IMG/VR virus record: IMGVR_UViG_3300045741_000116
Coordinates: 1 to 58,984 of that record
Source: a virus
Lineage: Duplodnaviria > Caudoviricetes
Strand: one strand, 5' to 3'
DNA: 58,984 nt
The position numbers and the translations under genes were made by a program. Of this stretch, positions 8,722-19,045 are shown one piece after another (position 1 is the first letter of the stretch; each line of letters opens with the position of its first letter). The notes under the pieces were generated by a model. The model was not told the DNA's origin. It did not search any database and saw nothing but the letters and a program-made list of their open reading frames with translations.

Positions 8722-9185
8722 AGTTTCACCTTTTTCAGGGCAGCATAGAGCTGTTCTGCGTCATCCCAGGTGATACCAAACTTACCGTGAGCTGGACCTT
8801 CGTCTCTTACCTCGAAGTGAGAGGTAACTGTGTGGTCTTTGTCTAGGACCTTATGCAGTGCGTCCAGGAGGCCTCGAGCAGAATACTTTTTACAACCTAT
8901 TGTAACTATTCCACTTTCGTAGCTTACTTCGTACTTAGAGATGCGGAAAGGAGGAAAACCCTCGTCAGTACCTGTCAGAAGGTGTTCAGGAGGAGTCGCT
9001 TCGATTAAGTTCAATGTTGTATCGTTAGCTACGAAAGTATTAGACTCGGCGTAGTAGCTGTCGCCTGGTCCAGGACGTTTATCTTCTGAAACTTCAATGA
9101 GTTCAGCGCCTTCGATGTGAAGGGCTTCTTCAGATACGATGACTGACTCTACGATGTTGTTTTTAACAATTGCAAAGTATCTCAT
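8718..9185 (-). CDS. Tail-fibre-associated hypothetical protein
   Basis: MRYFAIVKNNIVE...PGPGDSY N-terminus resembles 8296-8721. Confidence 0.6.
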   Translation of the reverse strand: MRYFAIVKNNIVESVIVSEEALHIEGAELIEVSEDKRPGPGDSYYAESNTFVANDTTLNLIEATPPEHLLTGTDEGFPPFRISKYEVSYESGIVTIGCKKYSARGLLDALHKVLDKDHTVTSHFEVRDEGPAHGKFGITWDDAEQLYAALKKVKL

Positions 9186-10051
9186 TACTCTACCCACTCT
9201 ACTATAATTTGACCTGTAGTACCAGCAGCTCCGTTACCGCCCTTACCACCAGCTGTACCTGTGACTGCTAAGGCGCCTCCAGCTCCTCCGCCTCCGCCAC
9301 CACCGCCCCCAGCTCCAGCGTTAGGAGTAGTAGCATTGGCTCCAGCACTTCCAGCTACGCCGGCTGCTCCACCGTTACCGCCATTGGCTCCAACTACGGC
9401 TACGTCGTCACCAGAACCGCCATTGGCTGCTCCGCCTCCGCCTCCGCCGCCTGAAGCTCCGCCTCCAGTACCTACGTTACCGCCGGCTGCCTGGGTAAAG
9501 AAAGGAGTGGCCGCTCCTACGGTACCAATACCGTTGGCAGGCTTACCGCCGTCAGCTCCTGCTACAGCCCCTGCTCCGCTCATACCGCCCTGGGTGTGGA
9601 AAACACCGTATCCTGAGGCTCCCGCAGTACCTGTGGCGTTGATGGCTCCACGAATACCAGCGCCTCCGCCCGAGCCTCCACCGAATGACATGAGAGACCC
9701 AAAAGTCGAAGCCCCACCTGATGTTCCTGCGGTTCCGTTAGCGCCTGCGCCTCCAGTAGCACTTACGGCTCCGCCGTTACCGCCGGTACCAGCTGAGCCC
9801 GCAGCCCCGATAGTAATAGTGTATGTTGTTCCAGGCACTACGGTAAGAAAATGTCTCATACTGGGGCATGGTCCTCCAGGACCGCCAGCTCCTCCGCTAC
9901 GAGAACCAGCAGTAGTGGAACCTCCGCCACCGCCTCCTCCTCCACCGCCCCCGCCTGAACCGCCACGACCAATGACAGTAATCTCTGTCACTCCAGCCGG
10001 TGCAGTCCAAGAACCTGAGCTTGTAAAGGTTTGACGAATAATTCTAGACAC
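9185..10051 (-). CDS. Glycine-rich (polyglycine-II type) adhesin-like protein
   Basis: FTSSGSWTAPAGVT...GGGGGGG...GQIIVEW; paralog of 10052-10921. Confidence 0.8.
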   Translation of the reverse strand: MSRIIRQTFTSSGSWTAPAGVTEITVIGRGGSGGGGGGGGGGGGSTTAGSRSGGAGGPGGPCPSMRHFLTVVPGTTYTITIGAAGSAGTGGNGGAVSATGGAGANGTAGTSGGASTFGSLMSFGGGSGGGAGIRGAINATGTAGASGYGVFHTQGGMSGAGAVAGADGGKPANGIGTVGAATPFFTQAAGGNVGTGGGASGGGGGGGAANGGSGDDVAVVGANGGNGGAAGVAGSAGANATTPNAGAGGGGGGGGGAGGALAVTGTAGGKGGNGAAGTTGQIIVEWVE

Positions 10052-10921
10052 TTACTCTACCCATTCAACTACGATTTGTCCGTTAGACCCAGCAGCGCCT
10101 GCTGCTCCAGCTCCACCATTGGAGCCTGTGGTAGTTTTACGACCTCCACCACCGCCTCCTCCGCCTCCGCCACCACCAGAACCTGATATGGCAGCGTTGG
10201 CAGAAGGTGCAGCGTTACCGTCGTTTTGATCTGCTCCACCGTTACCGCCGCTAGTGCCGTTAGGCCCGTTGGCATCGCCTGCAGGAGGAGCGGTTGTACC
10301 TCCGCCGCCTCCTCCCCCACCTGTACCGCCGGCTCCGCCGCCTGCGGCTCCAGTGCCTGTAGTAAAGAAAGGAGAAAGAGCTTGGATTGGAGCATCCCCA
10401 GTGACACCTGCCGCGTTGGCAGATCCACCGTTACCGCTGTTGGATGCGAATATTGGGGTTAAACCAAATAGACCGTAGCCTCCGACTGTGGGGCCTGCTC
10501 CAGTAGTAGCAAGACCTCCAGCAGTTCCTGCCATGCCGCCAGAACCGCCCTGAAATTGCACTAAGGAGCCAAAAGAAGAAGCAGAGCCCGCTCCTCCAGC
10601 GCCTCCAGCAGTACCTGTAGCTCCCGCTGCGTTGGCTACCGCGCCAGCTCCAGCGGTTCCACCCGTACCTCCAGTACCGATGGTGATTGTATAAGAAGTA
10701 CCTGGGACAACTGTAAGCTGATAAGGAAGACTAGGAACTGACCCGCCTGGCGCTCCAGCTCCTCCACCACGAGCAGCAGTTGTAGTAGAGCCGCCTCCAC
10801 CGCCACCACCGCCGCCTCCGCCGCCTGAGCCTCCTCGGCCCCACACAACGACTTTAGTGACACCTGCTGGGGCGGTCCAAGAGCCTGAACTTGTAAACGT
10901 TTGTCTTACTATTCTGGACAT
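10052..10921 (-). CDS. Glycine-rich (polyglycine-II type) adhesin-like protein
   Basis: Same N- and C-terminal motifs as 9185-10051. Confidence 0.8.
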   Translation of the reverse strand: MSRIVRQTFTSSGSWTAPAGVTKVVVWGRGGSGGGGGGGGGGGGSTTTAARGGGAGAPGGSVPSLPYQLTVVPGTSYTITIGTGGTGGTAGAGAVANAAGATGTAGGAGGAGSASSFGSLVQFQGGSGGMAGTAGGLATTGAGPTVGGYGLFGLTPIFASNSGNGGSANAAGVTGDAPIQALSPFFTTGTGAAGGGAGGTGGGGGGGGTTAPPAGDANGPNGTSGGNGGADQNDGNAAPSANAAISGSGGGGGGGGGGGGRKTTTGSNGGAGAAGAAGSNGQIVVEWVE

Positions 10922-10922
10922 A

Positions 10923-13340
10923 TTAACCTACATACCAGTCGGTACCGTCAGTGATTACGTCGAACCAGCCCCAGTTAGTCTGGAGTACTTTACTAGCTGC
11001 CAGACCCTCGATCTTCTCAGAAGCACTACGGGCCAAAGTCAAGTTATTCGTGTTAAAAGCTCCTGCCTTATCAATGATTGTGAACTTCATACCAGACTTA
11101 CCAGTTGGGCTAGGAAGAGTCAGTGTAAAGGCGCCGCCTGAGGTGTCACAAAAGATGACATCGTCAGAGGTAGTAATCGTGTAGTTCGCCGTCTTAGTCG
11201 TAGTTGTCAGAAGCGGGATGTCAGCTTTGACAAGTGCTCTGAACGTAGGCGCCGCAGCAGCTCCTGAAGTAGGACCAGCTAAGACTATGTTAGCGTTTTG
11301 GTTTGAAATTGATATATTCGGAGTAGCTCCACCAGAGCTAGCCAAAGGCGAAGAGGCAGTAACTGAGGTTACAGTGCCGAGCATTGTATTAACTTGAGAC
11401 ACTGTCAGGTCAGAAGCGTTCGCAGTACCGCCTGTATTGTTACCTTTCAACGTCAGAGTAGGCATTTGAGCCAGTTTGGCGTTGGTTACGGCATTATTAG
11501 CGATTGTAGCAGCCACAGAGCCTGGGCCAGTGGCGGTTACGTCACCAGTCAAGGCAGTAATGTAGTTACCTGTGGCTTGTTTACCGTTCAACTGAGTCTG
11601 GATTGAACTGGTAACACCTGAGACGTACCCAAGCTCGGTATCAGTAGTGGCACTTGCTACAGGGATGCCTGAGGCATTGGAGGCCAGAGCACGATTAGCT
11701 GTAATCGCAGCGGCCTCTACAATAGCGCCACCAGAGCTAATCATAACTCGGTTATTATTCAACGCGGTTGATGAGTTAGTACCACCGTGAGCGATATCAA
11801 TCGTAGTTCCATTCCAAACACCTGTGGTAATCGTTCCTACAGCAGTAAGCGAAGAAGTCACGACGTTAGAAGCCAGAGTTGTACCAGTCAGAGTACCTGC
11901 TGGAGCTATGACAGCGCTAGTGCTAGCAGCAGTAATCAAACCTTTAGCGTTAACCGTAAAACTAGGGATAGCAGTAGAAGAGCCAAAGCTTCCTATGTTA
12001 CTGTTAACAGTGGCTAAGGTAAGGGTTGCTGCTCCTGGCCCAGTAGCTGTAGCGTCCCCAGTAAGAGACGTGATAGCTGAGCCAGCGCCTGCACTTACCT
12101 GCGCCTGTAAGTTTTCGAAGGCAGTTAGGATTGAGTCTGTAGCTGTAATCGGAGTGTTAATGCCGGTTACATACCCAGTCAACAGCTTTCCAGTAACGAC
12201 TGTAGAAGCGATTGAGGTAGTAGTCTGAGTTCCGGTTACGTCACCAGACAAACTGCCTGAAAAATTGACAGCAGTTGTAGCGTTCGTCGCGTTAGTCGCA
12301 GTCCCTGTCAGGTTAGCGGTGATAGTGCCTGCAGCGAAGTTACCTGAGGCATCGCGTTTAACGATGGTAGAGGCCGTATTGATAGAGGTAGCGGCCTGAG
12401 TATCGGCCACTGACTGCCCTACGGCTGCTGCAGAGTAGCTGTCTACGAATGATACAACAGTAGCTGACTGGGTCCCTGTCACGTCCCCAGACAAACTACC
12501 ACTAAAATTAGTCGCCGTAGTGGCAGTAGTGGCGTTACCAGAAAGGTTTGCAGTAATAGTTCCTGCAGCGAAGTTGCCGGAAGCGTCCCGGCGTACGATT
12601 TGAGAGGCTGTGTTGAGTGAGGTTGAGTTGTTGGCCAAAACAGTGGCTGAATTTACCGCTGAGGCGGTAGATCCACCTACGAAAGCAACCGTAGCTGCAA
12701 CAGAACCGGGTCCCGTGGCGGTTACGTCCCCTGTAAGGGCTGTAATTGCCGCTCCGCCGGTAGCGCTGACCTGTGCTTGGAGGTTCTCAAAGGCAGTCAG
12801 GATGCTGTCCGAGGCTGTAATAGGGGTATTAATGCCTGTAACAAAGCCAGTCAGTAACTTCCCTGTTACTGTGGCAGACGATATAGAAGTAGAAGACTGA
12901 GTACCAGTAACGTCACCAGACAACGAGCCAGAGAAGTTAACTGCGGTTACTGCATTTGTAGCATTAGTAGCTGTACCAGTCAAGTTAGCAGTAATGGTAC
13001 CGGCTGCAAAGTTACCTGAGCTGTCTCTTCGGACAATGGCAGAAGCTGTATTGAGAGCTGTAGCTGCGTTTGCCAGTACAGTCGCTGAGTTAACAGCAGA
13101 AGCGCTAGAACCGCCTACAAAATTGACAGTAGCAACGGCAGAGCCAGGGCCAGTAGCTGAAACGTCACCAGTCAAGGCGGTGATTACGTTGGTAGAGCCG
13201 AAAGGATACTCAACTCCGTTAGAGTCTTGGAGATAAAGGACTTGGTCTGTCTTGACATAAAGGATGTCAGAGCCTACGGGCGGAGCTACCGGGGTGCCAG
13301 ACAGTAGCGGTATTTGTATAGTACCTGGAATGAAAGCCAT
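10923..13340 (-). CDS. Long tail fibre with internal repeats
   Basis: Thr/Ala/Ser-rich; repeats LTGDVTATGPGS and NTASxIVRRDxSGNFAAGTITANL; C-terminal DTSGGAFTLTLP motif. Confidence 0.85.
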   Translation of the reverse strand: MAFIPGTIQIPLLSGTPVAPPVGSDILYVKTDQVLYLQDSNGVEYPFGSTNVITALTGDVSATGPGSAVATVNFVGGSSASAVNSATVLANAATALNTASAIVRRDSSGNFAAGTITANLTGTATNATNAVTAVNFSGSLSGDVTGTQSSTSISSATVTGKLLTGFVTGINTPITASDSILTAFENLQAQVSATGGAAITALTGDVTATGPGSVAATVAFVGGSTASAVNSATVLANNSTSLNTASQIVRRDASGNFAAGTITANLSGNATTATTATNFSGSLSGDVTGTQSATVVSFVDSYSAAAVGQSVADTQAATSINTASTIVKRDASGNFAAGTITANLTGTATNATNATTAVNFSGSLSGDVTGTQTTTSIASTVVTGKLLTGYVTGINTPITATDSILTAFENLQAQVSAGAGSAITSLTGDATATGPGAATLTLATVNSNIGSFGSSTAIPSFTVNAKGLITAASTSAVIAPAGTLTGTTLASNVVTSSLTAVGTITTGVWNGTTIDIAHGGTNSSTALNNNRVMISSGGAIVEAAAITANRALASNASGIPVASATTDTELGYVSGVTSSIQTQLNGKQATGNYITALTGDVTATGPGSVAATIANNAVTNAKLAQMPTLTLKGNNTGGTANASDLTVSQVNTMLGTVTSVTASSPLASSGGATPNISISNQNANIVLAGPTSGAAAAPTFRALVKADIPLLTTTTKTANYTITTSDDVIFCDTSGGAFTLTLPSPTGKSGMKFTIIDKAGAFNTNNLTLARSASEKIEGLAASKVLQTNWGWFDVITDGTDWYVG

Positions 13341-13348
13341 AAATCTCC

Positions 13349-13657
13349 TTAAACTATAAGCAATTGCCCGTTAGGGTCAATTACAATGGACCCTCCGACG
13401 TCTAACTCTATGTTGGGCGCTATCCAGGTATATCCTCCTGGCACCGTAACATTCGTATCAATAACCCGTTTAGTGATAAAACCTTGCGCCTCTACAGCCC
13501 CGCCGTCCTGTACGTAAGTGCCAGGGCTATCCTGGATATAAGTTCCTGTAGTACCGTCCCAACGGACGATAGCCTTGTCTGTTGACGACCCAGGTCCTAT
13601 TACGTTTCCGCTACCGCCGCCACTTGCTGGAGGAGCGCTACTACCAATCCTAGGCAT
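13349..13657 (-). CDS. Small virion/fibre protein
   Basis: GPGSSTDKAIVRWDGTTG fibre motif. Confidence 0.7.
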   Translation of the reverse strand: MPRIGSSAPPASGGGSGNVIGPGSSTDKAIVRWDGTTGTYIQDSPGTYVQDGGAVEAQGFITKRVIDTNVTVPGGYTWIAPNIELDVGGSIVIDPNGQLLIV

Positions 13658-14100
13658 TATCCTATCTCCAGTACGTAAAGGGTTTGGCCTGCTCCTGAGG
13701 CTATAGCGTAAGGGCTAGTAGCTCCAGTCAGGTCTAGTTGTAAACTTTCACCGTTGAACAAAGGGTACCCCGTACTCGTAGTGACTGCGTTGCTGTTACC
13801 GATGTAGATGGCGTTACCACCTGTGCATACGGCTCTAAAGCTAATACTGCTGCGGTTCGTTAGCGCAGGAGTTACAAGCTGTACAGCCGAGGTATTAATC
13901 GTGTACTTCGTTGTCTTAAAGTTAGCCAGTCCGTTCAAGTCAGTACTAACAGTACCAGATACTGTGGCAGTACCAGTCGTGTTGACGTTCAAAGCTCCAG
14001 CAGTTGAGGTAAGCGCGTTGCCTGAACTATCGTGGATATTGACATCAGAGGTAGGTCCTCCGCCGCCGGACTGTGGAGGCCATCTAGTGACTTGACTCAT
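13657..14100 (-). CDS. Small beta-rich virion protein
   Basis: Start corrected to ATG 14100; C-terminal domain resembles C-terminus of 17396-19045. Confidence 0.7.
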   Translation of the reverse strand: MSQVTRWPPQSGGGGPTSDVNIHDSSGNALTSTAGALNVNTTGTATVSGTVSTDLNGLANFKTTKYTINTSAVQLVTPALTNRSSISFRAVCTGGNAIYIGNSNAVTTSTGYPLFNGESLQLDLTGATSPYAIASGAGQTLYVLEIG

Positions 14101-14456
14101 TAGACTCCCTTCCCAGCGCACCAGACGTCTAAGGTGCCACTGCCAGAGGTAGGAACGTATCTGAGCCTTACTGCAGGCATTCCGAGCTGGTTGAGCTCGA
14201 ATAAAGCGTCGTCAGGAGTGCCTGAAGCCGTGATTACTGGGCTCAAAGGAAGCGTAGTCCAAGTGCCAGGATTTTTTGTATTAGGGTCATAGTCAATGGA
14301 GATGTCCACATAGAAAGTACCGACTGGTGAACCTGTCCACTTAGCTTGGAAAGATACGTTATCCTGTAACTTAATGGTGAGTACCGGTGACGTAACCGAT
14401 ACAGCCATACTAGCTGCGGTAACAATGTGATCTGAACTAAGAGGATAGAAAGACAC
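14100..14456 (-). CDS. Small beta-sandwich virion protein (paralog family)
   Basis: WTGSPVGTF...W...LNQL...RLRYVPTSGS, shared with 19045-19428. Confidence 0.75.
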   Translation of the reverse strand: MSFYPLSSDHIVTAASMAVSVTSPVLTIKLQDNVSFQAKWTGSPVGTFYVDISIDYDPNTKNPGTWTTLPLSPVITASGTPDDALFELNQLGMPAVRLRYVPTSGSGTLDVWCAGKGV

Positions 14457-14468
14457 GTCATTTCCTTG

Positions 14469-14825
14469 TTATGTGCTAATAGCAAACATGTTTACGTTAA
14501 TAGTTGAACTGCCGCCAGAAGTCCTTGTATATACAGCCCTAATCCAGCGATAAGACATATTGGCTATAGTGATTATTGCAGGTGCACCTGCAGTAATGGC
14601 AGCCGTAGCACTTGGGATGTCTACCCAGTTAGTCGGTGCGAAGGCAGATACAGGCCCCTGCGCGTCTGGATCATTAGAAGCCTGGAGCTTTACAGTACCG
14701 GCTGCTGTCGCATCACCAAAGTAAGCGTGGGCGCTCATAGACACCAGCTGGCCGGCATCTACTGCTGCCCCAGTTTGAGACACTGTATCAACGTCAGACA
14801 AGATTGAACAGTTAATTTGTTTCAT
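14469..14825 (-). CDS. Small beta-sandwich virion protein (paralog family)
   Basis: GTVKLQASND...NWVDI...RWIRAVYTRTSG. Confidence 0.75.
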   Translation of the reverse strand: MKQINCSILSDVDTVSQTGAAVDAGQLVSMSAHAYFGDATAAGTVKLQASNDPDAQGPVSAFAPTNWVDIPSATAAITAGAPAIITIANMSYRWIRAVYTRTSGGSSTINVNMFAIST

Positions 14826-15010
14826 TATTGGCCGCCTTCTTGAGGAGGAACTGGGTCTGGAGTGTCCTCACCAGTGATTTCACACGTTTCGTAGTTCGGC
14901 CAATATGGGCGAGTCTGCTCTTCAGCTACCCAAGCGTCCGCTTGTGTGCGTTTATCAAAATAGCACTGCCAGGTTTGACCGTCTTTTTGTGTAAGTTTTA
15001 CTGTGATCAT
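14825..15010 (-). CDS. Small fibre-associated protein
   Basis: AGGAG RBS before ATG 15010. Confidence 0.6.
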   Translation of the reverse strand: MITVKLTQKDGQTWQCYFDKRTQADAWVAEEQTRPYWPNYETCEITGEDTPDPVPPQEGGQ

Positions 15011-15023
15011 AAAATCTCCTAAA

Positions 15024-17357
15024 TTATTGATAATACTCGTAAACTGTGATAATACCGGCGGCTCCATTACCGCCAGCTGCGCCTGAAGTTCCTGCAGTTC
15101 CGCCAGATCCGCCTGCGCCTACTGCGTAAGCATAAGTAGCTGCTGGATTAGTGATAATGATGTCACAACCACCACCAGCTCCACCGCCAGAACCCGAGTT
15201 ACCACCAGCTACGTTAGCTAAACCAGCTCCACCGCCACCGCCACCAGTATTGGTAGCACCAGAAGCCCCTGCATTAGTTCCTGCAGCTCCGCCACCTCCT
15301 CCACCGCCAAGGATAGAGTTACCGCCAGAGCTTCCACAAGTATACTCATTGGCTAGCGCAGCAAAACCTGCACCTGCCCCAGTACCACCAGGTACTGATG
15401 TCCCACTACCACCAGATACACTAATAGTTCCACCAGTGACAACTGCGCCTTGGCCTCCACCAGCTCCACCGCCAGCAGTGATAACAGAACCAAAAGTTGT
15501 GCTGCCGCCTGCTGTAGAAGCTCCAAAAGAACCAGAGCCTGAAGAACCGCCTCCACCGCCTCCACCGACAGCTACTACTCTGAGGTAGAGGGCGCCAGTG
15601 GGAGTTGAGTAAGTACCTGAACTAGAAGTGAATTTTTGAACAGTAGGGAATCTAGGAGCGGGGATAATAGCTTGGACTGGGTAGTATTCTTCCACCACAA
15701 TATAGCCAGCTGCACCAGCGCCTCCAGCTGAGCCTGAAGTTCCGGCGCCTCCAGCTGAACCTGCTGTACCAACTGTGTACTGATATGAACCAGCGGGATT
15801 ATTAATAATTGCTTCAATATAGGCTCCAGAAGCTCCACCAGCTCCAGGGTAAGTACTGGCGGCACTAGTACCACCTCCACCGCCTCCAGAACCTGAGTTA
15901 GCAAATGCTCCGCCGCCTACACCAGCGACAGGACCGCCGTAACCGTTACCGCTGATAGGAGAAGCTCCACCTTGACCGCCACCAATACCACTAGCGCCGG
16001 CAGTAAAACTACCGCCTTGTCCAGCAGCTCCGCCAGCCGCTATAATTTGAAGTGCAGGAGCAGTTATTGAGGCAGACCCGCCTGTAGACCCAGGAGACCC
16101 CACAGTACCGCCGCCGCCTCCGCCTCCAGCTGAAAGATAAGTAGTAGTACCAGTGCTGTCTTTCCAAGTGGAAGTTCCGCCGGCACCGCCTGCAGTTTGG
16201 CCACCAGCGTTGACTCCGCCACCGCCTCCCCCGCCTCCGCCTCCAACTATTTTGATTTTAAGATATAAAGGTGCGGGACTTGTGGGAGTCGTATAAGTTT
16301 GTGCAGACCCCGAAGTAAATACTTGTTTTGTAGGAGTAGAAGAGGCTACTGCCTGCTGTCCAGCAGCGTAGAACTCTTCTACAATAATCAAACCGCTACC
16401 GCCGTTTCCGCCCTGGCCAGTAGCAGCCCCGCCACTACCACCTGTACCGATAGAGTAGGAGTATGTGCTTGCTGGGTTATTTATCCAAGAAATACCTAAG
16501 GCACCAGAAGCTCCGCCACCTGCGCCGTAGTGTGTCGAATCGCCAGAAGCTCCACCACCACCAGCTCCAGTAGCTGTTTGAGCATTACCGCCAGTTGAGT
16601 AGTTTGTTCCTGTATAGGCTCCAGAACCGGCTCCGCCAAATGCCCCAGTACCTCCCTGGCCTCCGAAATAACCATTAGAATTAGATCCACCAGGCGCTCC
16701 AGCGCCTCCACCTAAGTTAAGGTCGGCACCAGATCCAGCTGAAGCAGCTCCACCTGCTCCTCCAACTCCATTTCGAGTACCGCCTGCGCCTCCTGCTGCA
16801 CTAATAGCTCCAAAAGTGGTAGCATTACCTGAGCCACCGTCAAGACCGCCACCAGTAGAAGCTCCACCGCCTCCTCCGCCTCCGCCCACTACTGTTACTT
16901 TAATGGCAAAAGGTGAGGGATTAGTAGGTAAGTTGTAAGTACCTGAACCTGAAGTAATGAGTTGTTTAGTAGGGGCCTTAGCTACACCGGCAGATATATA
17001 ATTGCTGCTCCAAGAAGCTGCAGTAGTACCTGAGGTCAAGATACAAATGATTGTAGCCGCTGAATTAGGGCCTAAAAGTTGGACAGTATTACCGCCAGAA
17101 GAGTTAATCGTGACGTTACCAGTGCTACTGTTCTGGATGTAGAACTGTTGGCCCAGGGTCATTGTAGAAGCTACAGGGAGGGTCACAGTCTGGGTAGTCG
17201 TACCAGTGAAGAATTGCTGCTTAGTACTTGTATTTGTTAGGGTGGTTGTACCTGCAGCAGTCGCTGTGGTCGTATACCCATCAATGAAGCTATTAACAGA
17301 AGCTGTCTTCGTTAAGAACTTCGCATTATTACCTTGAAAAATTACTGGTGAACCCAT
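15024..17357 (-). CDS. Fibre/adhesin with three tandem Gly-rich modules
   Basis: N-terminal TQTVTLPVA fibre domain, then three modules (TSG..TY.TP ... GGGGGG ... IIVEEY/F). Confidence 0.85.
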   Translation of the reverse strand: MGSPVIFQGNNAKFLTKTASVNSFIDGYTTTATAAGTTTLTNTSTKQQFFTGTTTQTVTLPVASTMTLGQQFYIQNSSTGNVTINSSGGNTVQLLGPNSAATIICILTSGTTAASWSSNYISAGVAKAPTKQLITSGSGTYNLPTNPSPFAIKVTVVGGGGGGGGASTGGGLDGGSGNATTFGAISAAGGAGGTRNGVGGAGGAASAGSGADLNLGGGAGAPGGSNSNGYFGGQGGTGAFGGAGSGAYTGTNYSTGGNAQTATGAGGGGASGDSTHYGAGGGASGALGISWINNPASTYSYSIGTGGSGGAATGQGGNGGSGLIIVEEFYAAGQQAVASSTPTKQVFTSGSAQTYTTPTSPAPLYLKIKIVGGGGGGGGGGVNAGGQTAGGAGGTSTWKDSTGTTTYLSAGGGGGGGTVGSPGSTGGSASITAPALQIIAAGGAAGQGGSFTAGASGIGGGQGGASPISGNGYGGPVAGVGGGAFANSGSGGGGGGTSAASTYPGAGGASGAYIEAIINNPAGSYQYTVGTAGSAGGAGTSGSAGGAGAAGYIVVEEYYPVQAIIPAPRFPTVQKFTSSSGTYSTPTGALYLRVVAVGGGGGGGSSGSGSFGASTAGGSTTFGSVITAGGGAGGGQGAVVTGGTISVSGGSGTSVPGGTGAGAGFAALANEYTCGSSGGNSILGGGGGGGAAGTNAGASGATNTGGGGGGAGLANVAGGNSGSGGGAGGGCDIIITNPAATYAYAVGAGGSGGTAGTSGAAGGNGAAGIITVYEYYQ

Positions 17358-17377
17358 AAAGTGCGTTATCTCCGCAG

Positions 17378-17393
17378 TAGGCCTTTCGGCCTA
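17378..17393 (-). promoter_or_regulatory. GAAA-tetraloop hairpin between late genes
   Basis: TAGGCC GAAA GGCCTA; no U-tract. Confidence 0.5.
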
Positions 17394-17395
17394 GT

Positions 17396-19045
17396 TTACT
17401 GGTAAAAGTTAATGTCTATCTCACCTACGCTAGCTGTCGCTGAGACAGCCTTGATAGATACTCGTGACCCGGAAGGAATGAACAAAGGAACTCGACCATT
17501 ACCTCCAGGGAAGATATTGATTTGGTCTACTTCAGAAGCCGCAGCGCCCACTGCCAGAACAAGTGTCTGACCAGAGCTATCAAAAATCTCAATCTGAGAC
17601 GCATCGTTAGATGTAGAAGCTACTAACTGAACATAGGCAGCAGTCGTTACGTTTGTAGACGTATAATCGTTTCGAACTGGGGCATTAGCCTTCGCTCGAC
17701 CGCCTTGGTTAATACGCAGAGAACCTGAAGTCACCTGGCCGTAGTTTACTGCTGGAGCTTGACCATTGTTAACCGTAGCTAAGTCTACTCGTAAACCGCC
17801 TGCAGTAGTCGTAGTAAGCGGATTGATAGTAGCTGTAGTATAGGTGGGCGGGTTGGTAGTCGCTTCGGCTTGGATCATAGGACCAAGCTTACTTGTAATG
17901 GAAGTACCCTGGCTAAGCGCTAACGCACTTGTATTAGTGTCGATATTAGATAAGCTAGTATTTCCAGTAGTTTGAAGAGCTGAAGTACTTGCACCAGTGG
18001 GCAGCGAGACTGTTCCTGAAATATTAGTGATATTCCATGTACCAGACTGAGTCGCTGACACGGTTCCGCTGTCGATAACCGCATGGAGGTTAGTTCCTGT
18101 GGCTTGTGTGACAGTTACTGTACCAGATACTGGTTGAGTAACCGCACTGCCGTCTACTTTTAAAGCGCTAGAAGCGGTTACAGCGGCGGTGTTTGTACCG
18201 TCGTTGATCTTAGTTGTCTGAGCTCCTAGAGTCGTCTGGTTAGCTGCCGTAGCCGCTCCAGTAGGAAGCGGAGCAGAAGCCATAGACACAGGGACAGTGC
18301 TCTGGTCTGAAGCGATGACAACCGGCATAGAGGCTGCCATAGCTTTTTGACCCAAACTGTTCAACTTACCGTCAATTGAAGAAAGGCTAGCGTTACCAGC
18401 AGTTTGGAGGGCTGAAGTACTAGCGCCTGTAGGAAGGCTGACAGTACCGGTGATATTATTGATATTCCATGTACCGGACTGAGACGCAGGGATGGCTGTT
18501 TGGTCAGAAGCAATGGCGACAGGCAAACTTCCAGACAGAGTAGACTGTCCAAGGTTTACTGTGTTACCAGCGCCATCAAACAGGTTGATTTTAACGTGTC
18601 CGTTCGCGTCTACGTGGATGAACTTAGATTGGTTGGAGTCGTTGAGACCTCCAACTACGTTCATGTAGATTGAGCTGAAGTTGCTGGCTACTGTAGCCAG
18701 GTCCTTGGTAGGAACATGGTACACAGTACCAGGTCCAGCTACGAAAGGACCGGCAGTATTGCCGTTGTCGTCAACGAGCTCAGTGAGCTGGTTACCGTTG
18801 GTCTGGTTGTCAGCTACTGTGGCTAGAGTAGCTTCTGTAGCAGCGCCGTCAGGCAGTACGCTATGGCGTACATCGACGTCAAACGCTTGGTCAGGACCAA
18901 TGGTATGGGAAGTAATAGGAACTAGGTTACCAGAGTTGTCTTTAGCTCCGATAAGGGTAGCTGATAAAGGAACTGCCGAACCAGTTAAACCTACTGAAGG
19001 GTTAGTTGCTTGTACTGAGGGGTAGATAAACGTACGAATAGCCAT
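17396..19045 (-). CDS. Virion fibre/structural protein with internal repeats
   Basis: Repeats SQSGTWNITNISGTVSLPTGASTSALQT and SLPVAIASDQ. Confidence 0.8.
   Translation of the reverse strand: MAIRTFIYPSVQATNPSVGLTGSAVPLSATLIGAKDNSGNLVPITSHTIGPDQAFDVDVRHSVLPDGAATEATLATVADNQTNGNQLTELVDDNGNTAGPFVAGPGTVYHVPTKDLATVASNFSSIYMNVVGGLNDSNQSKFIHVDANGHVKINLFDGAGNTVNLGQSTLSGSLPVAIASDQTAIPASQSGTWNINNITGTVSLPTGASTSALQTAGNASLSSIDGKLNSLGQKAMAASMPVVIASDQSTVPVSMASAPLPTGAATAANQTTLGAQTTKINDGTNTAAVTASSALKVDGSAVTQPVSGTVTVTQATGTNLHAVIDSGTVSATQSGTWNITNISGTVSLPTGASTSALQTTGNTSLSNIDTNTSALALSQGTSITSKLGPMIQAEATTNPPTYTTATINPLTTTTAGGLRVDLATVNNGQAPAVNYGQVTSGSLRINQGGRAKANAPVRNDYTSTNVTTAAYVQLVASTSNDASQIEIFDSSGQTLVLAVGAAASEVDQINIFPGGNGRVPLFIPSGSRVSIKAVSATASVGEIDINFYQ

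Noticed and set aside
9261-10034. Pro-rich plus-strand ORFs (also 10254, 15151, 33271)
   Set aside because: Antisense shadows of Gly-rich genes (GGN read as NCC/CCN); no RBS
11824-13236. Val/Ala-rich plus-strand ORFs opposite the fibre gene, and similar antisense ORFs across the late region
   Set aside because: Expected from codon bias of the minus-strand genes; no independent signals
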